A stretch of 64,000 nt of DNA, from positions 16,031,384 through 16,095,383 of the forward strand of contig CM119266.1 in assembly GCA_051294375.1 (NCBI GenBank). The letters are read 5' to 3'. The notes below the pieces were generated by a model. It ran no database searches. It saw only the letters and a program-made list of their open reading frames with translations, and was not told the origin of the DNA. Source of the DNA: Paraspadella gotoi. Taxonomy: Eukaryota > Animalia > Chaetognatha. Each line of letters opens with the position of its first letter. Positions within the stretch are counted from its first letter, which is position 1. Below, in pieces: positions 44,000 through 55,724 of this stretch. The translations under genes were made by a program, and so were the position numbers.

Positions 44000-44185
44000 C
44001 TGTACAATGATTTAAATGTTACGTTCTTAATTGATTAATTTCCTTGTCTTCTTTGTCCTTTGTCGTTGCTTCGTTAAGGTTTTTTCTTCGTTGCTTCTTT
44101 CCTCCATTTTTTTTTGTTACTTCGTTCTTTCTTCAATTTAAAAAAAANNNNNNNNNNNNNNNNNNNNNNNNNAAAGAGAGAGAAT

Positions 44186-47100
44186 CGGAAACTTGAGACG
44201 ATTACGTCGAGACTACAAGACGACAGAAAACGATATCTCCGGAACACGTCCGAAATCGGAAGATCAAACGACTGAAGGAGATTTCGGAATCAACTTTCCA
44301 TCTGACTCCGATTTAATTTCTCGAGGCCCAACCGATAACTGCAGCACGACTCATCGTTGGGACCGACCCGACGACCGACCCGACGACCGACCCGACGACC
44401 GACCCGACGACGACCCGACCGAACCGACCGACGACCGACCCGACGACCGACCCTCAGCCCAATCTTTCCTGCCAACTCAACTCACTCCTTCGTCGCAAAA
44501 GGATCAACTTCAACGAAAGAGTGGTGCTGCGCCGTGCGACGTCGCGTCGACGCCAACGCTTCCACTCCCCTCGCCTTCAGTCCGACTCTCTTACTCAACG
44601 TAACCTGGCCCCGACTCTCGACCATTTCGAGCGACGAAGGATCGACCCGGACCCGCTTTTCCCTTCTCTTCTATTTAAGGCGGCAATCCGATGGACGGCG
44701 TGACGAGGGGGTTCTCACTTCCCCGACGACGACGCTCAAACGTTACGATCGAGAAGAGAACGTTCCGATAACGATCATCTTTAGCGACGGCGTCGTCGAG
44801 AGGCGGCGCCGTTCAACGTCACCGTTCGAGTCGCCGGTCGAACTTTGGGGCGTCGTTCTATCGACGAAGAGGATGATGAACGACGACCGCGACGGGCCGG
44901 TGGGCGGTGACTCGGGTTAAGTCACGTTTACCGCGTTGCCTTTTTTAAAAAAAAAAATGAACCCTACTAATTCCGTAATTGTCCGCCAGGGACGAAGGCA
45001 GCGGCGACAGCGATTTGGGCGATCATCGTCGTTTTGATCGTCGTCGTCGGCCGTTTTGGCGTTTCCTGCGGGTGGAGGGAGGAAGGAACAGGACCAAAGA
45101 CTCAGGGTTTTTCTGGAGGTGAAATATAATAGGAAATTGGGTGAAGAGATTTGGGTAACAACGATGAAAGGTGAAAGTAGAGTTAATGTTTGGTTGACTA
45201 TGGGTGTGTGTGGTTAAGGGAAGGTAAAGCAACTTGCAAAAGCAATGTAAAGGAATCGGGTAAGTCGAATCTCCTTTTCTTTTTTCTCTCAGAACCGCGT
45301 GAGGGCGAATTTAGTCGAGTCAGCTTCATCCGAACGAGAGCTTTAGTCTCTCTTACGCCGAAGCAGCTCGTCAAAACGGTGAGCGATGTTATTAATTTGA
45401 AGGATATGCAGACGTTTGAATGGAAAAGCCCTCGACCGAGACCCGAAAATAAAAGAAAAAACTGGGAAAAAAAATTATGTAAAAGGTTCATTAAAAGGCG
45501 TATACCACAGTACTTTTCTGAATGACAATTTTATTCTAAAAAAAGTATTAAATAACATGAACAGTTAACTTTTTTTAGTTGTAATCAGTCTTCTTTACTA
45601 AAGCGGATAGTTCCATCGAGAACTCCTTCTTCATTCTCGTTTATTTCTCTCTCCATCCGTTACCCTCAAACCCCTCGTACCTTTCTATCTCCCTTTCACT
45701 CACCGCTCCCGCCCACCCCTTAAAAACCGGCCGGATGCCCCCGCCGATGTCTTTCGCACCCTCCTCCCCCCGCGTCACTTTCAAGGCGCCAGTCGCAGAA
45801 TCACCGCCGGTGAACGTGATGAGTTTTTCGCGAGTTTCCTCAAGAAACATGGCGGCCCCTTTCGCGTGGAATTCACGCCTTGGCCAAAACAAAAGGAGAA
45901 GGACTGGTGGAGCAGGCGGAGAGGGAGACGAACGGCGGGCGAGTGGGTGGGAGGGGGAATGGGGGCGGGTAGGGGGTTCGGAGAGGAGGGGTGAATGAGC
46001 GAAAGGAAAAGCGAAAGAGTTGGGGAAAAGGAGGAAAAGGAGGGCGAAAGTTAAAACGTTGATTGGGCAAATTTTAAACCTTGAATTAATGGAGAAATTT
46101 TAAAAAAAAAAAAAGACACATCGACATTAAAACAATTTTAGAAATTTAAAAAACAAGAACTAGGATTTAAAGAACGTAAGAGAAGAACGAACTGGTGAAT
46201 GAAATTTTTTTTTTTTTTTAAATTTCTCCATTAATTCAAGGTTTAAAATTGCCCAATCAACGTTTTAACTTTCGCCCTCCTTTTCCTCCTTTTCCCCAAT
46301 CTCTTTCGCTCATTCACCCCTCCTCTCCGAACCCCCTACCCACCCCCATTCCCCCTCCCACCCACTCGCCCGCCGTTCGTCTCCCTCTCCGCCTGCTCCA
46401 CCAGTCCTTCTCCTTTTGTTTTGGCCAAGGCGTGAATTCCACGCGAAAGGGGCCGCCATGTTTCTTGAGGAAACTCGCGAAAAACTCATCACGTTCACCG
46501 GCGGTGATTCTGCGACTGGCGCCTTGAAAGTGACGCGGGGGGAGGAGGGTGCGAAAGACATCGGCGGGGGCATCCGGCCGGTTTTTAAGGGGTGGGCGGG
46601 AGCGGTGGATAAAGGGGAGATAGAAAGGTACGAGGGGTTTGAGGGTAACGGATGGAAGAGAGGAAATAACGAGAATGAAGAAGGAGTTCTCGATGGAACT
46701 ATCCGTTTAGTAAAGAAGACTGATACAACTAAAAAAAGTTAACTGTTCATGTATTTTAATACTTTTTTTTAGAATAAAATTGTCATTCAGAAAAGTACTG
46801 TGGTATACGCCTTTTAATGAACCTTTTACATAATTTTTTTTCCCAGTTTTTTCTTTTATTTTCGGTCTCGGTCGAGGGCTTTTCCATCAAACGTCTGCAT
46901 ATCCTTCAAATTAATAACATCGCTCACCGTTTGACGAGCTGCTTCGGCGTAGAGAGACTAAAGCTCGTTCTGGATGAAGCTGACTCGACTAAATTCGCCC
47001 TCACGCGGTTCTGAGAGAAAAAAGAAAAGGAGATTCGACTTACCCGATTCCTTTACATGCTTTTGCAAGTTGCTTTACCTTCCCTTAACCACACACTACC

Positions 47101-48102
47101 CATAGTCAACCAAACATTAAACTCTCACTTTCACCTTCATCGTTGTTACCCAAATCTCTCACCCAATTTCCTATTATATTTCACCTCCAGAAAAACCCTG
47201 AGTCTTTGGTCCTGTTCCTTCCTCCTCCACCGCAGAAACGCCAAAACGGCGACGACGACGATCAAAACGACGATGATCGCCCAAATCGCTGTCGCCGCTG
47301 CCTTCGTCCCTGGCGGACAATTACGGAATTAGTAGGGTTCATTTTTTTTTTTAAAAAAGGCCAACGCGTAAACGTGACTTACCCGAGTCACCGCCACCCG
47401 GCGTCGCGGTCGTCGTTTCATCATCCTCGTCGTCGATGAGAACGACGCCCAAAGTTCGACCGGCGACTCGAACGGTGACGTTGAACGGCGCCGCTCTCGA
47501 CGACGCCGTCGCAAAGATGATCGTTATCGGTAACGTTCTCTTCTCGATCGTAACGTTGAGCGTCGTCGTCGGGGAAGTGAGAACCCCCTCGTCGACGCCG
47601 TCCATCGGATTGCCGCTTAAATAGAAGAGAAGGGAAAAGCGGTCCGGGTCGATCCTTCGTCGCTCGAAATGGTCGAGAGTCGGGGGCCAGGTTACGTTGA
47701 GTAAGAGAGTCGGACTGAAGGCGAGGGGAGTGGAAGCGTTGGCGTCGACGCGACGTCGCACGGCGCAGCACCACTCTTCGTTGAAGTTGATCCTTTTTGC
47801 GACGAAGGAGTGAGTTGAGTTGCAGGAAAGATTGGGCTGAGGGGTCGTGTCGTCGGGTCGGTCGTCGGGTCGGTTCGCGTCGGGTCGTCGTCGGGTTCGG
47901 TCGTCGGGTCGGTCGTCGGGTCGGTCCAACGATGAGTCGGTGCTGCAGTTATCGTGTTGGGCGTCGAGAAATTAGAATCGGAGTCAGATGGAAAAGTTGA
48001 TTCCGAACTCTCCTCAGTCGTTTGATCTTCCGATTTCGGACGTGTTCCGGTGATATCGTTTTCTGTCGTCTTCGTAGTCGACGTAATCGTCTCAAGTTTT
48101 CC
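44186..48102. repeat. ~1.9-kb fold-back inverted repeat, arms ~44186-46113 and ~46202-48102; duplicates RPTP ectodomain/TM exons on the + strand
   Basis: Mirror ORFs 45735(+)/46573(-), 46070(-)/46249(+) and 45491(-)/46817(+). The arms differ mainly by 1-nt indels. Confidence 0.93.
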
Positions 48103-48488
48103 GTTTTTGTACCACACGACTCCAGAGTGAGACGTCGTGACGAAACATCTCAGCGTCACTCGATTTCCCTCGGCGACAGGAAGTGGGGTTTGCATCAAAG
48201 CGACCTCGTCCGAAGGCGGAGTTTCTGAAAATTTCATGTTCAAAAAACTTTACATTCTTTTTGCTTAAAATTTTATACGATTCTTATTAGGAATTGAATT
48301 AACTACTAACCTTGTCGTTGAGAAGCAGTGATGTTCAAATCAGTGGAGCCATTGTTGAACTTCTGTTGAGCCTCGTCAACATCGACAGGGGAAACGGATG
48401 GTCTCTCGCCTTCTGGAGAAGTCGGTTGACCCGTGGAAATTGCGAGATAGAGAAAGAGAGGTAAGACGCGGAAAATAACCAAAGTCAT
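46370..48488 (-). CDS. 5' half of the same receptor PTP: signal-peptide exon 48488-48311, Ig-like/mucin ectodomain exon 48224-47383, TM exon 47309-47185, juxtamembrane/wedge exons ~47010-46370 (boundaries uncertain, indel errors)
   Basis: Signal peptide MTLVIFRVLPLFLYLAISTG; Ig B/C strands VAEGNRVTLRC..VVWYKNGK; PTTD repeats; LLLNVTWPP; TM AIWAIIVVLIVVVAVLAFL followed by RWRRK. The first three exons join at phase-1 junctions. Linkage to D1/D2 is inferred from strand, order and canonical RPTP architecture across an assembly gap. Confidence 0.8.
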
Positions 48489-48578
48489 TGTGGTCTAAAC
48501 TCGTTGAATATGTCATGAAAAAGGGCGTACATATTGTTTCGGCTTGGGTGAAACAACGCCTCTCGAAATTCTTTGCGG

Positions 48579-48587
48579 TTTTATATA
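48579..48587 (-). promoter_or_regulatory. Putative TATA box (TATATAAAA) of the RPTP
   Basis: About 90 nt upstream of the signal-peptide ATG at 48488. Confidence 0.35.
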
Positions 48588-48899
48588 TGTAGTTTGATTT
48601 TTTTTAAACGTAAACATGATCATTAGTTTTTTTTCCCCGAATCAACAAAACCCGCAGATTCGAGTCTTACGACGACCGGTCTTCGATTACGAATTTGATC
48701 CGGGACATTGAATGACTCGATCGGAATTTGTAAACTTCTTTGTGAATTTGTCGATCGGGGATTTCCGGAAGGGCAGGATTAGGACTGTGTCTGAGAATTT
48801 AAATCCATGGCTTTCTTCGTAAAGTGGCCGAGATAATGCAAGGTCCCTCCTTTTTTTTCACTTTCCCTTTTATGTTTCCTTCCTTTCTCTCCTATCTCT

Positions 48900-49105
48900 T
48901 TCCTCCGCCCTCCCCCCCCTCACCGCGCTCTCCCCCTTCTTCTCTCCTTGCCTCGCTCCCAACCTTTCTCCTCCCTCCTCCCTCCCTCCCCACCTTTCTC
49001 CTCCCCCTCCTCCCTCCCTCCCCACCTTTCTCCCTCCCTCCTCCCTCCCACCCGTCCCCCCCTCCCTCCTCCCTCCCCCTCCCCTCCCATCCCTCCCCCC
49101 CACCT
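48900..49105. repeat. C-rich polypyrimidine tract (CCTCC-type units) upstream of the RPTP
   Basis: Near-pure C/T with many C3-C7 runs. Confidence 0.85.
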
Positions 49106-49214
49106 TTTCCTCGTCGACTTCCGCTCGGCGAAATCGCTTCTTTTCAAACCAGGTTCATCATCATGCAAAACTCGACGCTTGTTTTTACGGCCAACGTTTT
49201 TCGCTCTTCTTATT

Positions 49215-49285
<71 letters not shown>

Positions 49286-49489
49286 GCTCCCTTTCTTTCA
49301 TTGTCTCTTCGTCTCTCTCCTTTCACCCTCTCGCATTTTCTTCATCTCCGTCCTTTCCTTTTCTTCTCCAGTTTTTCTCTTTTTTTTTCTTTTCGGCCGT
49401 CACACCTGTTCCTTGTCATCCCCTCGTCGCCGCCGCCAGGGAGATGATAAACGCCTTCAATTTGCATGAAAATAGGTAGAGAGAGAGAA

Positions 49490-49586
<97 letters not shown>

Positions 49587-50752
49587 GAAAGCAAATAGTT
49601 TTTGCAAGGAGATAAATGGAATAAGTCACCTGAAAAGATGGTAAGAACGTGAGAAAGGTAAAGTATGTAAGTTTAAACTTAAATTAATGACCCTAAATTA
49701 ACATTGAATTCATTTATTGTTAGTTTTACTCTCCTCTACTCTACTCTACTCGTTCTGTTTCATTATGCAATGCATAATATGTTGACTCATTTGCCCAAAT
49801 GCATATAAACAATTAGAAAATCGTAGAGTTTTAGTTCCCCATTGTTTCGATAGAACTCGATAGAAGTCATTCTGTCTAAACTTAAAAATTACTTACTGGT
49901 TAATTCTTTTCTCTTGATTATGTGTAGGAATACAATCGCAATTCGTTCAACAAAATTATTCGCGATGAAAAGAATTATTAATTAATCCTTTTCGCAAACT
50001 GCGATATTTCAAATAATGAAGTTGGTAATTTCGATATACATTTAGTAGCATGCTTTACGGAGAAAAACGAAAGAGCAGTCGAAAATCCGAGCCAATTTGC
50101 CTTCCTTTACAATCTCCGTCGCTATCCCTCTCTCCCAGGTTGAGGTGTTCCCGGTTGATTGGCCGGCCAGCTTCTGCCACCTTGAGGGAAAACCTGAAAG
50201 TAAAAGGAACGTGGGCCGGCGCGCCGTGAAACTCGAACAATTGGCCCCCCGTGCTACGAATATGCACGAGAAAAAAAGGGCAAAGTATGTGGAAGAATTT
50301 TCTTGTTAACTTTAAAAAATAAGATTGCATTAAGTTTTATCAAATTCAAATTTTCTTAACTCTTTTTAATCGACGGTAAGTAATCATTAATATTCCTTAT
50401 TTTTCGTCCCATTATTACATTATTAAATATTTGGAGCTTTGGAGATTCCGAAGTTGTCAGAAAATATCTTAAAAAAAGATTTCGATTAAAAGTGGGTCTG
50501 AGCTCAAGTTGGGATTAAGAAAGCTCATTTTGATTGACTCAAAATGGTCGCAAAATCCAGGGAGAAGAAAAGGGGAAAAAAGAATTTAGAAAAGAAAAAA
50601 AAGTAAAGAGAAATTAAAGAAGAAAATACAAAATAAAAAAGAGTTCTAAATGTAAGCTTGTATTCTCTGCAAGAAAAAGTTATTTAAAGCCATTCAGTAG
50701 TTTTTTGTAGATTTTTTTATCATAAATAAAGATAACAATAAAAACAAGACAA

Positions 50753-50758
50753 TTTATT
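50753..50758 (-). promoter_or_regulatory. Putative polyadenylation signal AATAAA of the ABCC gene
   Basis: About 65 nt downstream of the stop; the AT-rich context makes a chance match possible. Confidence 0.4.
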
Positions 50759-50822
50759 TCTTTAAGTTTTTGACGCAGTTATGCTAATCTAATTGCACTA
50801 ATTATCAACAAATAATCACTAA

Positions 50823-53800
50823 TCATATAAGACCAGATTGTTTCGCCAAAGAGTAAAACATACTCGTCTCGTCCTCTAGTAGCGCCTTTGGATTGTCGTA
50901 CTCTTTTATTTCTCCCTTGTCTAAAACAAGTATCTTATCATAGTCGAGAACGGTATTAATTCTGTGAGCGACGGTGAGAACGGTGCAATCTTTAAACTGT
51001 TCTCTTATTGTCGCTTGAATCAGGTCATCAGTGAGCGGATCAACAGCGGACGTTGCCTCATCCAAAACCAGTATTTTAGATTTCCTCAACAACGCTCTTG
51101 CCAAGCAGAGTAACTGTTTCTGTCCAGCGGAAAGATTGCTTCCGTACTCGGTGCAAACGTAATTTAGACCATCGGGCAATTCGGAAACAAATTCCTTGAG
51201 GTGAGCCATCTCAATAGCTTTCCAAATGGTAGCGTCGTCATTGCATTCGAAAGGATCTAAGTTATGACGCAAAGTGCCGGAGAAAACAACAGCATCTTGC
51301 GGGATGATGGAAAGGCTGGACCGCAGATCAAATAAGCCCATTTTTGCAGTATTTTGAGAGTCTATTAAAATCTTTCCTTCAGTAGCTTCAACGATTCGAA
51401 ATAATGCTATTGTGAAAGTTGATTTTCCTGCGCCAGTTCTTCCCACTATCCCAATTTTCTCACCAGGTTGTACCATAAAATTAATCCTGCTCAAAATATT
51501 ATCAAATCCTTCTCGATATCTAGTACTATAGTTTTTTACGTTTAAACAGCCACTTTTAAATTTTTTTAACGTTTGAAAAGTCTTAGAGCTTCTTCTTTTA
51601 CGTTCTTCCTTCAAGGAAGAAAATTCTTCGAGACGTTCAACTGAAACCAAATCTTGCTCCAGCTTCGCCGCGGTTCGTATAGTAGCGCCCAACCTTTTGC
51701 AGACTCCAAAAGAGTAAGTCAAAGAAACTCCTATGAGTCCCGTCGTGGCGGCATTACCCAAGACGGACAGAAATCCACAGAAAAAAAGTACTAAAGTTGA
51801 CGTAATTGAGATAAGAAATGATAGCCAAATGTTAGAAGCGATGAAAGTGTACTGAGTTTTACTGAATTCGTCAAGATAGTTGTGCCACTTCTCCGTAAAT
51901 TCTTCTTGTTTTTGAAAGGCTCGAATGGTTACCAACCCCAATTGCGTTTGTGAAAAGTGCGACAATACGAAGGACATCGAGATTGATTTCAATCTTCTCA
52001 CTTGCCGAGATGCTGGAATATAGAGTTTTTTCAGAAGCCAGAACGATAGTAACAGAATGGGTACCAAGGGTAAAATCAAGGGATGGATAAAGCAAATTGC
52101 CGCGATAAATAAAAGTACGGTAATCAATGATTCGAAAAAGCGTAAGAGTAATGTAGTAATGCGACAATCAACGGCATCAATGTCGTTAGAAAAACGATTT
52201 ATGATTCGGCCAACTGGGGTCGTTTCGAAGAATGACATCGGGTACCGCATTATTTGGGTCGAAAGACGTTCGTGAAAGAAATATGAAGTCTTGGCAGTGC
52301 CGATGTAATCCGCAATTCTTCGTCCAACCACTAAGAAACACACGAGCAAGGATAACAGATTGTAAATCACGATATAATAAGTCGAGTTGGTGAGATTCCC
52401 CTCAAATTTTGGAGAAAAAAGGGTTTTATTGGACTCATGACTTCTTTTCTCACTTTCAATTTCGTCAGTCCACTTTGCCAACCATATTCCAATCAAAACT
52501 TCAAATAACTGGCCAAAAAAAATTGAAAGGATGCCACCAAGACAAACGTTCAAACCCAAAGCTTTGATGTAGTTCCAATATACAGAACACTTGACTTCTC
52601 CATGTCGATTTTCTTCTTTTCTGACAAGTGTCCCCTTTTCATTTAATGTTTTTTGAGAATTTCCACAGATAATATTTTGGCTTTCAACATTTTTCTCTTC
52701 TTTTCCTCGATGACATTCTTTTTCTATCGCAGAAAAATATCCATTCAGCTTTGAAAGTTGCTTGTAACTACCGATATCATAAATGGATCCTTCCTTCAAA
52801 CACACTATATTGTCCACATCTTTCGAATATATCATATTATTAGATACAAGAACTCTACTCTTATTCTTAAGTATTCCAAAGGGACCAATAACCTTATCAA
52901 AGATATGTCTACCCACATGGGCGTCAACTGCCGACAATGGATTGTCGAATAGATAAAGATCAGCGTCGTCATAAACTGCTCTCGCGAGAGCGACTCTCGC
53001 TTTTTGTCCGCCAGAGAGATTCACACCCTTTTCCCCGATTTCCGTTTCATCCCCAGCGGGAAGAACAGTCAGATCAGGAAGCAGAGCGCACGCTTCCAGG
53101 ACCAGTTGATATTTTGCCCGATCGAATGCTTTTCCAAAAAGGACGTTGTTTCGTAAACTTGCATTTTGAATCCACGGTTGCTCTCCGACAAAGGCGACTC
53201 TTTTCTCTTTGTAAACTTTTCCTTTTAACTTTATCATCTCTCCCAGAAGTGACATGAGAAAAGATGATTTACCTGATCCCACTTTCCCAATTACCATGGC
53301 ACTTTCCCCTTTCTTCAGATCAAAGCTTATTGACTTTAAGGTTGGTTCTTGGCTTTTTCCCCATTCAAATGAACCATTCAGTAAAATAACGCTATGCTTA
53401 GGGTTCGATGGTTCCATGACATAATCGAAAATTTCTTCCCGTCTCATATACTCGTCGATTCTGTTACCCGCAACCCATATTTGAACACTTTGGATTATAC
53501 AGTCCGGCAGCCAAAGCAACCGATCCTTCATATTTGAGAAAAGTCCTAAAGCAACGAATACAATTTCGGGAGTAAGTATTTTACCAGATACTAAAGCAAA
53601 AGCAGTTATAGAAACGGCTTGAACTATAATCGCAGATAACCTAGTAGTGAAACTATTCAGTATATCATACCGCAATACTTTTTTTCGCATATCGATCTCC
53701 GAAGTTCTTACTTTTCTTATATTGTTCAAAAATGCTTCCTCCCAAGCATACAATTTCAAGATCTTTATTCCATTTAGAATTTCGTGAATAATCTTCACGC

Positions 53801-55724
53801 GAGAATCTTTGATTTTCATGAATTCCCGCTGAGAAGCTTTCTGCTTTCGGGTGATCAAGATGGTTGAGGGAACCAGTACACATAGCAACACTAGCCCGAA
53901 CAGAAACGATGGGCCAAGTTGTTGCCACAAAAGGTAAGCATAAACAACGAGTTCCACTGGAATTACAACTCCTTCCAAAAAGAAAACTAGCATTTGAAAC
54001 TTAGTGGCATCTTGGCTAATTAGATTGACCATTTCACCCACAGTTGACTTTTCTCTTGATTTTACTGACAATTTCATACTTTTCGAGAACACAGCCGTCT
54101 TCAACATTCTGTCAAACTTGAGTCCCAAAACATTTCCGCACCACAAGTAAAAGACCAAGATTGACGACTCCATAAAATTACAAAAGCTAAGGGTAACGAC
54201 GTAAAACATCCCTTTCCAAGCCCATTCTTCCGAAGTCATCGTCGAATCATTTCTCTGATCAAAATGCTTCAACAATTTGCCCAAAAGCAGAGGCTTGACG
54301 ATCTCCAAATTGATTCGGACTACGTGAAGCATCGATACCCAAAACACATTCCATTTATAGCAAGAGAGAACGTTGAGGCTGGCCGATTTACTTTCGATCC
54401 CGTCGCTATTAGTATCTTGGGTCCGGTAAAATCGTTGGCGTTTGATTGCGTTCGTATGGTCCATTTCTAAATCGTCCTTTGTGATCAAAGGTTCCTCATC
54501 TTCGCTTTTGAGGTAACGACTTGAGAAGAACCCTTTTGTTTTTTTGAATGTACACTGATGCTCTCCTTTCGTCTTCGAAGTGAGACGCCACCTTTCGTGA
54601 AAAGTGTCTGATAAATGTCGACTCTTGCAATCTGGCGGAAGTTCGTCGAGATCCTCTTGTTCCAGATTCTTTTTAAAACCGCGAAGAAGGAGAGGCGTGA
54701 TCCAGGCGTGGACCAGGCGGGACGCCGTGCTCGCCTGAGTAAATTTGGGTAATTAAGTCGGAGACCCAAAAATAATAATGTAATAAAATAAAATCAAGAA
54801 TAAATAAATACTACGTATTTAAATTTTCAGGTTAAATTTGGCAGTAAATGAAGTTAGGAATTTTACTTTATTAGACTAATAATTTAAAAAAGTATTTTAA
54901 AAACCTTATCGAACGGAGACTTTGATCGAGGAACGGAAAGGTTGAAACAATTGAGCATCAACATCGCGATCGAAGCGACAAAAACGACGGCCGAGCAAAC
55001 TCCGTAATGAAGATCGAGAGGCTCTTCATCCATCCTCCGATCGTTCGATGTGGCGTTTGAAGTGGCGTACGCAGACCACTGCAACATCGACGGTATGGAC
55101 TGCAGCAGCACAACCGATTGCAACATTGACATCAAGGTCCAGAAAAAGAACAATAACAATCCCAGCGGAAGGGAGGCGTTTGCTGCCTCTTTAAAGGCGA
55201 CGATCCAAGCCAGGGCGGAGCAGAGGATCAGCAGCGTAGGGGCGAGATAAGCAAAGGGCGGGAGGCGGGCTAATGTGAAGCTTTTTATGTGAAGAGTTAA
55301 GACAAGGATGGCGACGACGGCGACGACGACGCTGAGAACGAATTTGACCGACAACCAGAATTGGACGCGGACTGGAAGGGATCGCCACGTGGTTGGCGTG
55401 AGACCGCCATTGCCCGTCAAACTGAGAAATAGAAAATGAAGGAAAAAATTGTATACAAAAACGTAAAGTTAAAATAGTCCTATAATATATCATGTTTACT
55501 AACGCTTTGATTGCCGCCAGTGTGCCTAGAATCAGAAATATGCAAGGGATCAACGTCGGTATTGAATGCAGAAAACAAAAGGAGAGTCGAGGCGATGCCG
55601 TGTTCCAACTCTGGTTCCAGTCCCAAAAAACGCTGTCACCGCAAAGAAATGGAAGGAAAATGGCGGTTGATTGGTTGTTAGTGTTATTAAATGTCATTGC
55701 GCCGATTACGCCAGCGACCTCCAT
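50823..55724 (-). CDS. Long-form ABCC/MRP-family ABC transporter (MRP1-like), 3 exons: 55724-55504, 55421-54905, 54734-50823; 1549 aa
   Basis: Exon 1 encodes the MRP1-type TMD0 start (FLCGDSVFWDWNQSWNTASPRLSFCFLHSIPTLIPC) and exon 2 the hydrophobic TMD0 helices. Exon 3 starts with a lasso/L0-like motif (ASTASRLVHAWITPLLLRGFKKNLEQEDL) in frame with the 1221-aa ORF. That ORF has IKILKLYAWE, NBD1 GKVGSGKSS and LSGGQKARVALARAVY, FFETTPVGRIINRFS, and NBD2 GRTGAGKST, LSAGQKQLLCLARALL, LDEATSAVD, TVAHR. GT-AG introns of 82 and 170 nt have compatible phases (2 and 0). Exact orthology cannot be determined by eye. Confidence 0.95.

Noticed and set aside
44361-44452. CRISPR-like array
   Set aside because: 12-bp head-to-tail coding repeat without spacers; eukaryotic context and no cas genes.
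44186-46113. A second, plus-strand RPTP paralogue
   Set aside because: Truncated mirror copy starting mid-exon after a 25-N gap with an adapter-like remnant.
47690-47930. Frameshifts in RPTP ectodomain/juxtamembrane exons as evidence of pseudogenisation
   Set aside because: Most indels differ between the two fold-back arms and lie in noisy gap-filled sequence; all 13 D1/D2 exons are intact.
54485-54769. Apparent frameshift or separate ORF upstream of the 1221-aa ABCC ORF, suggesting a pseudogene
   Set aside because: Splicing at 54734 gives an uninterrupted frame; the listed ORF is an off-frame overlap.
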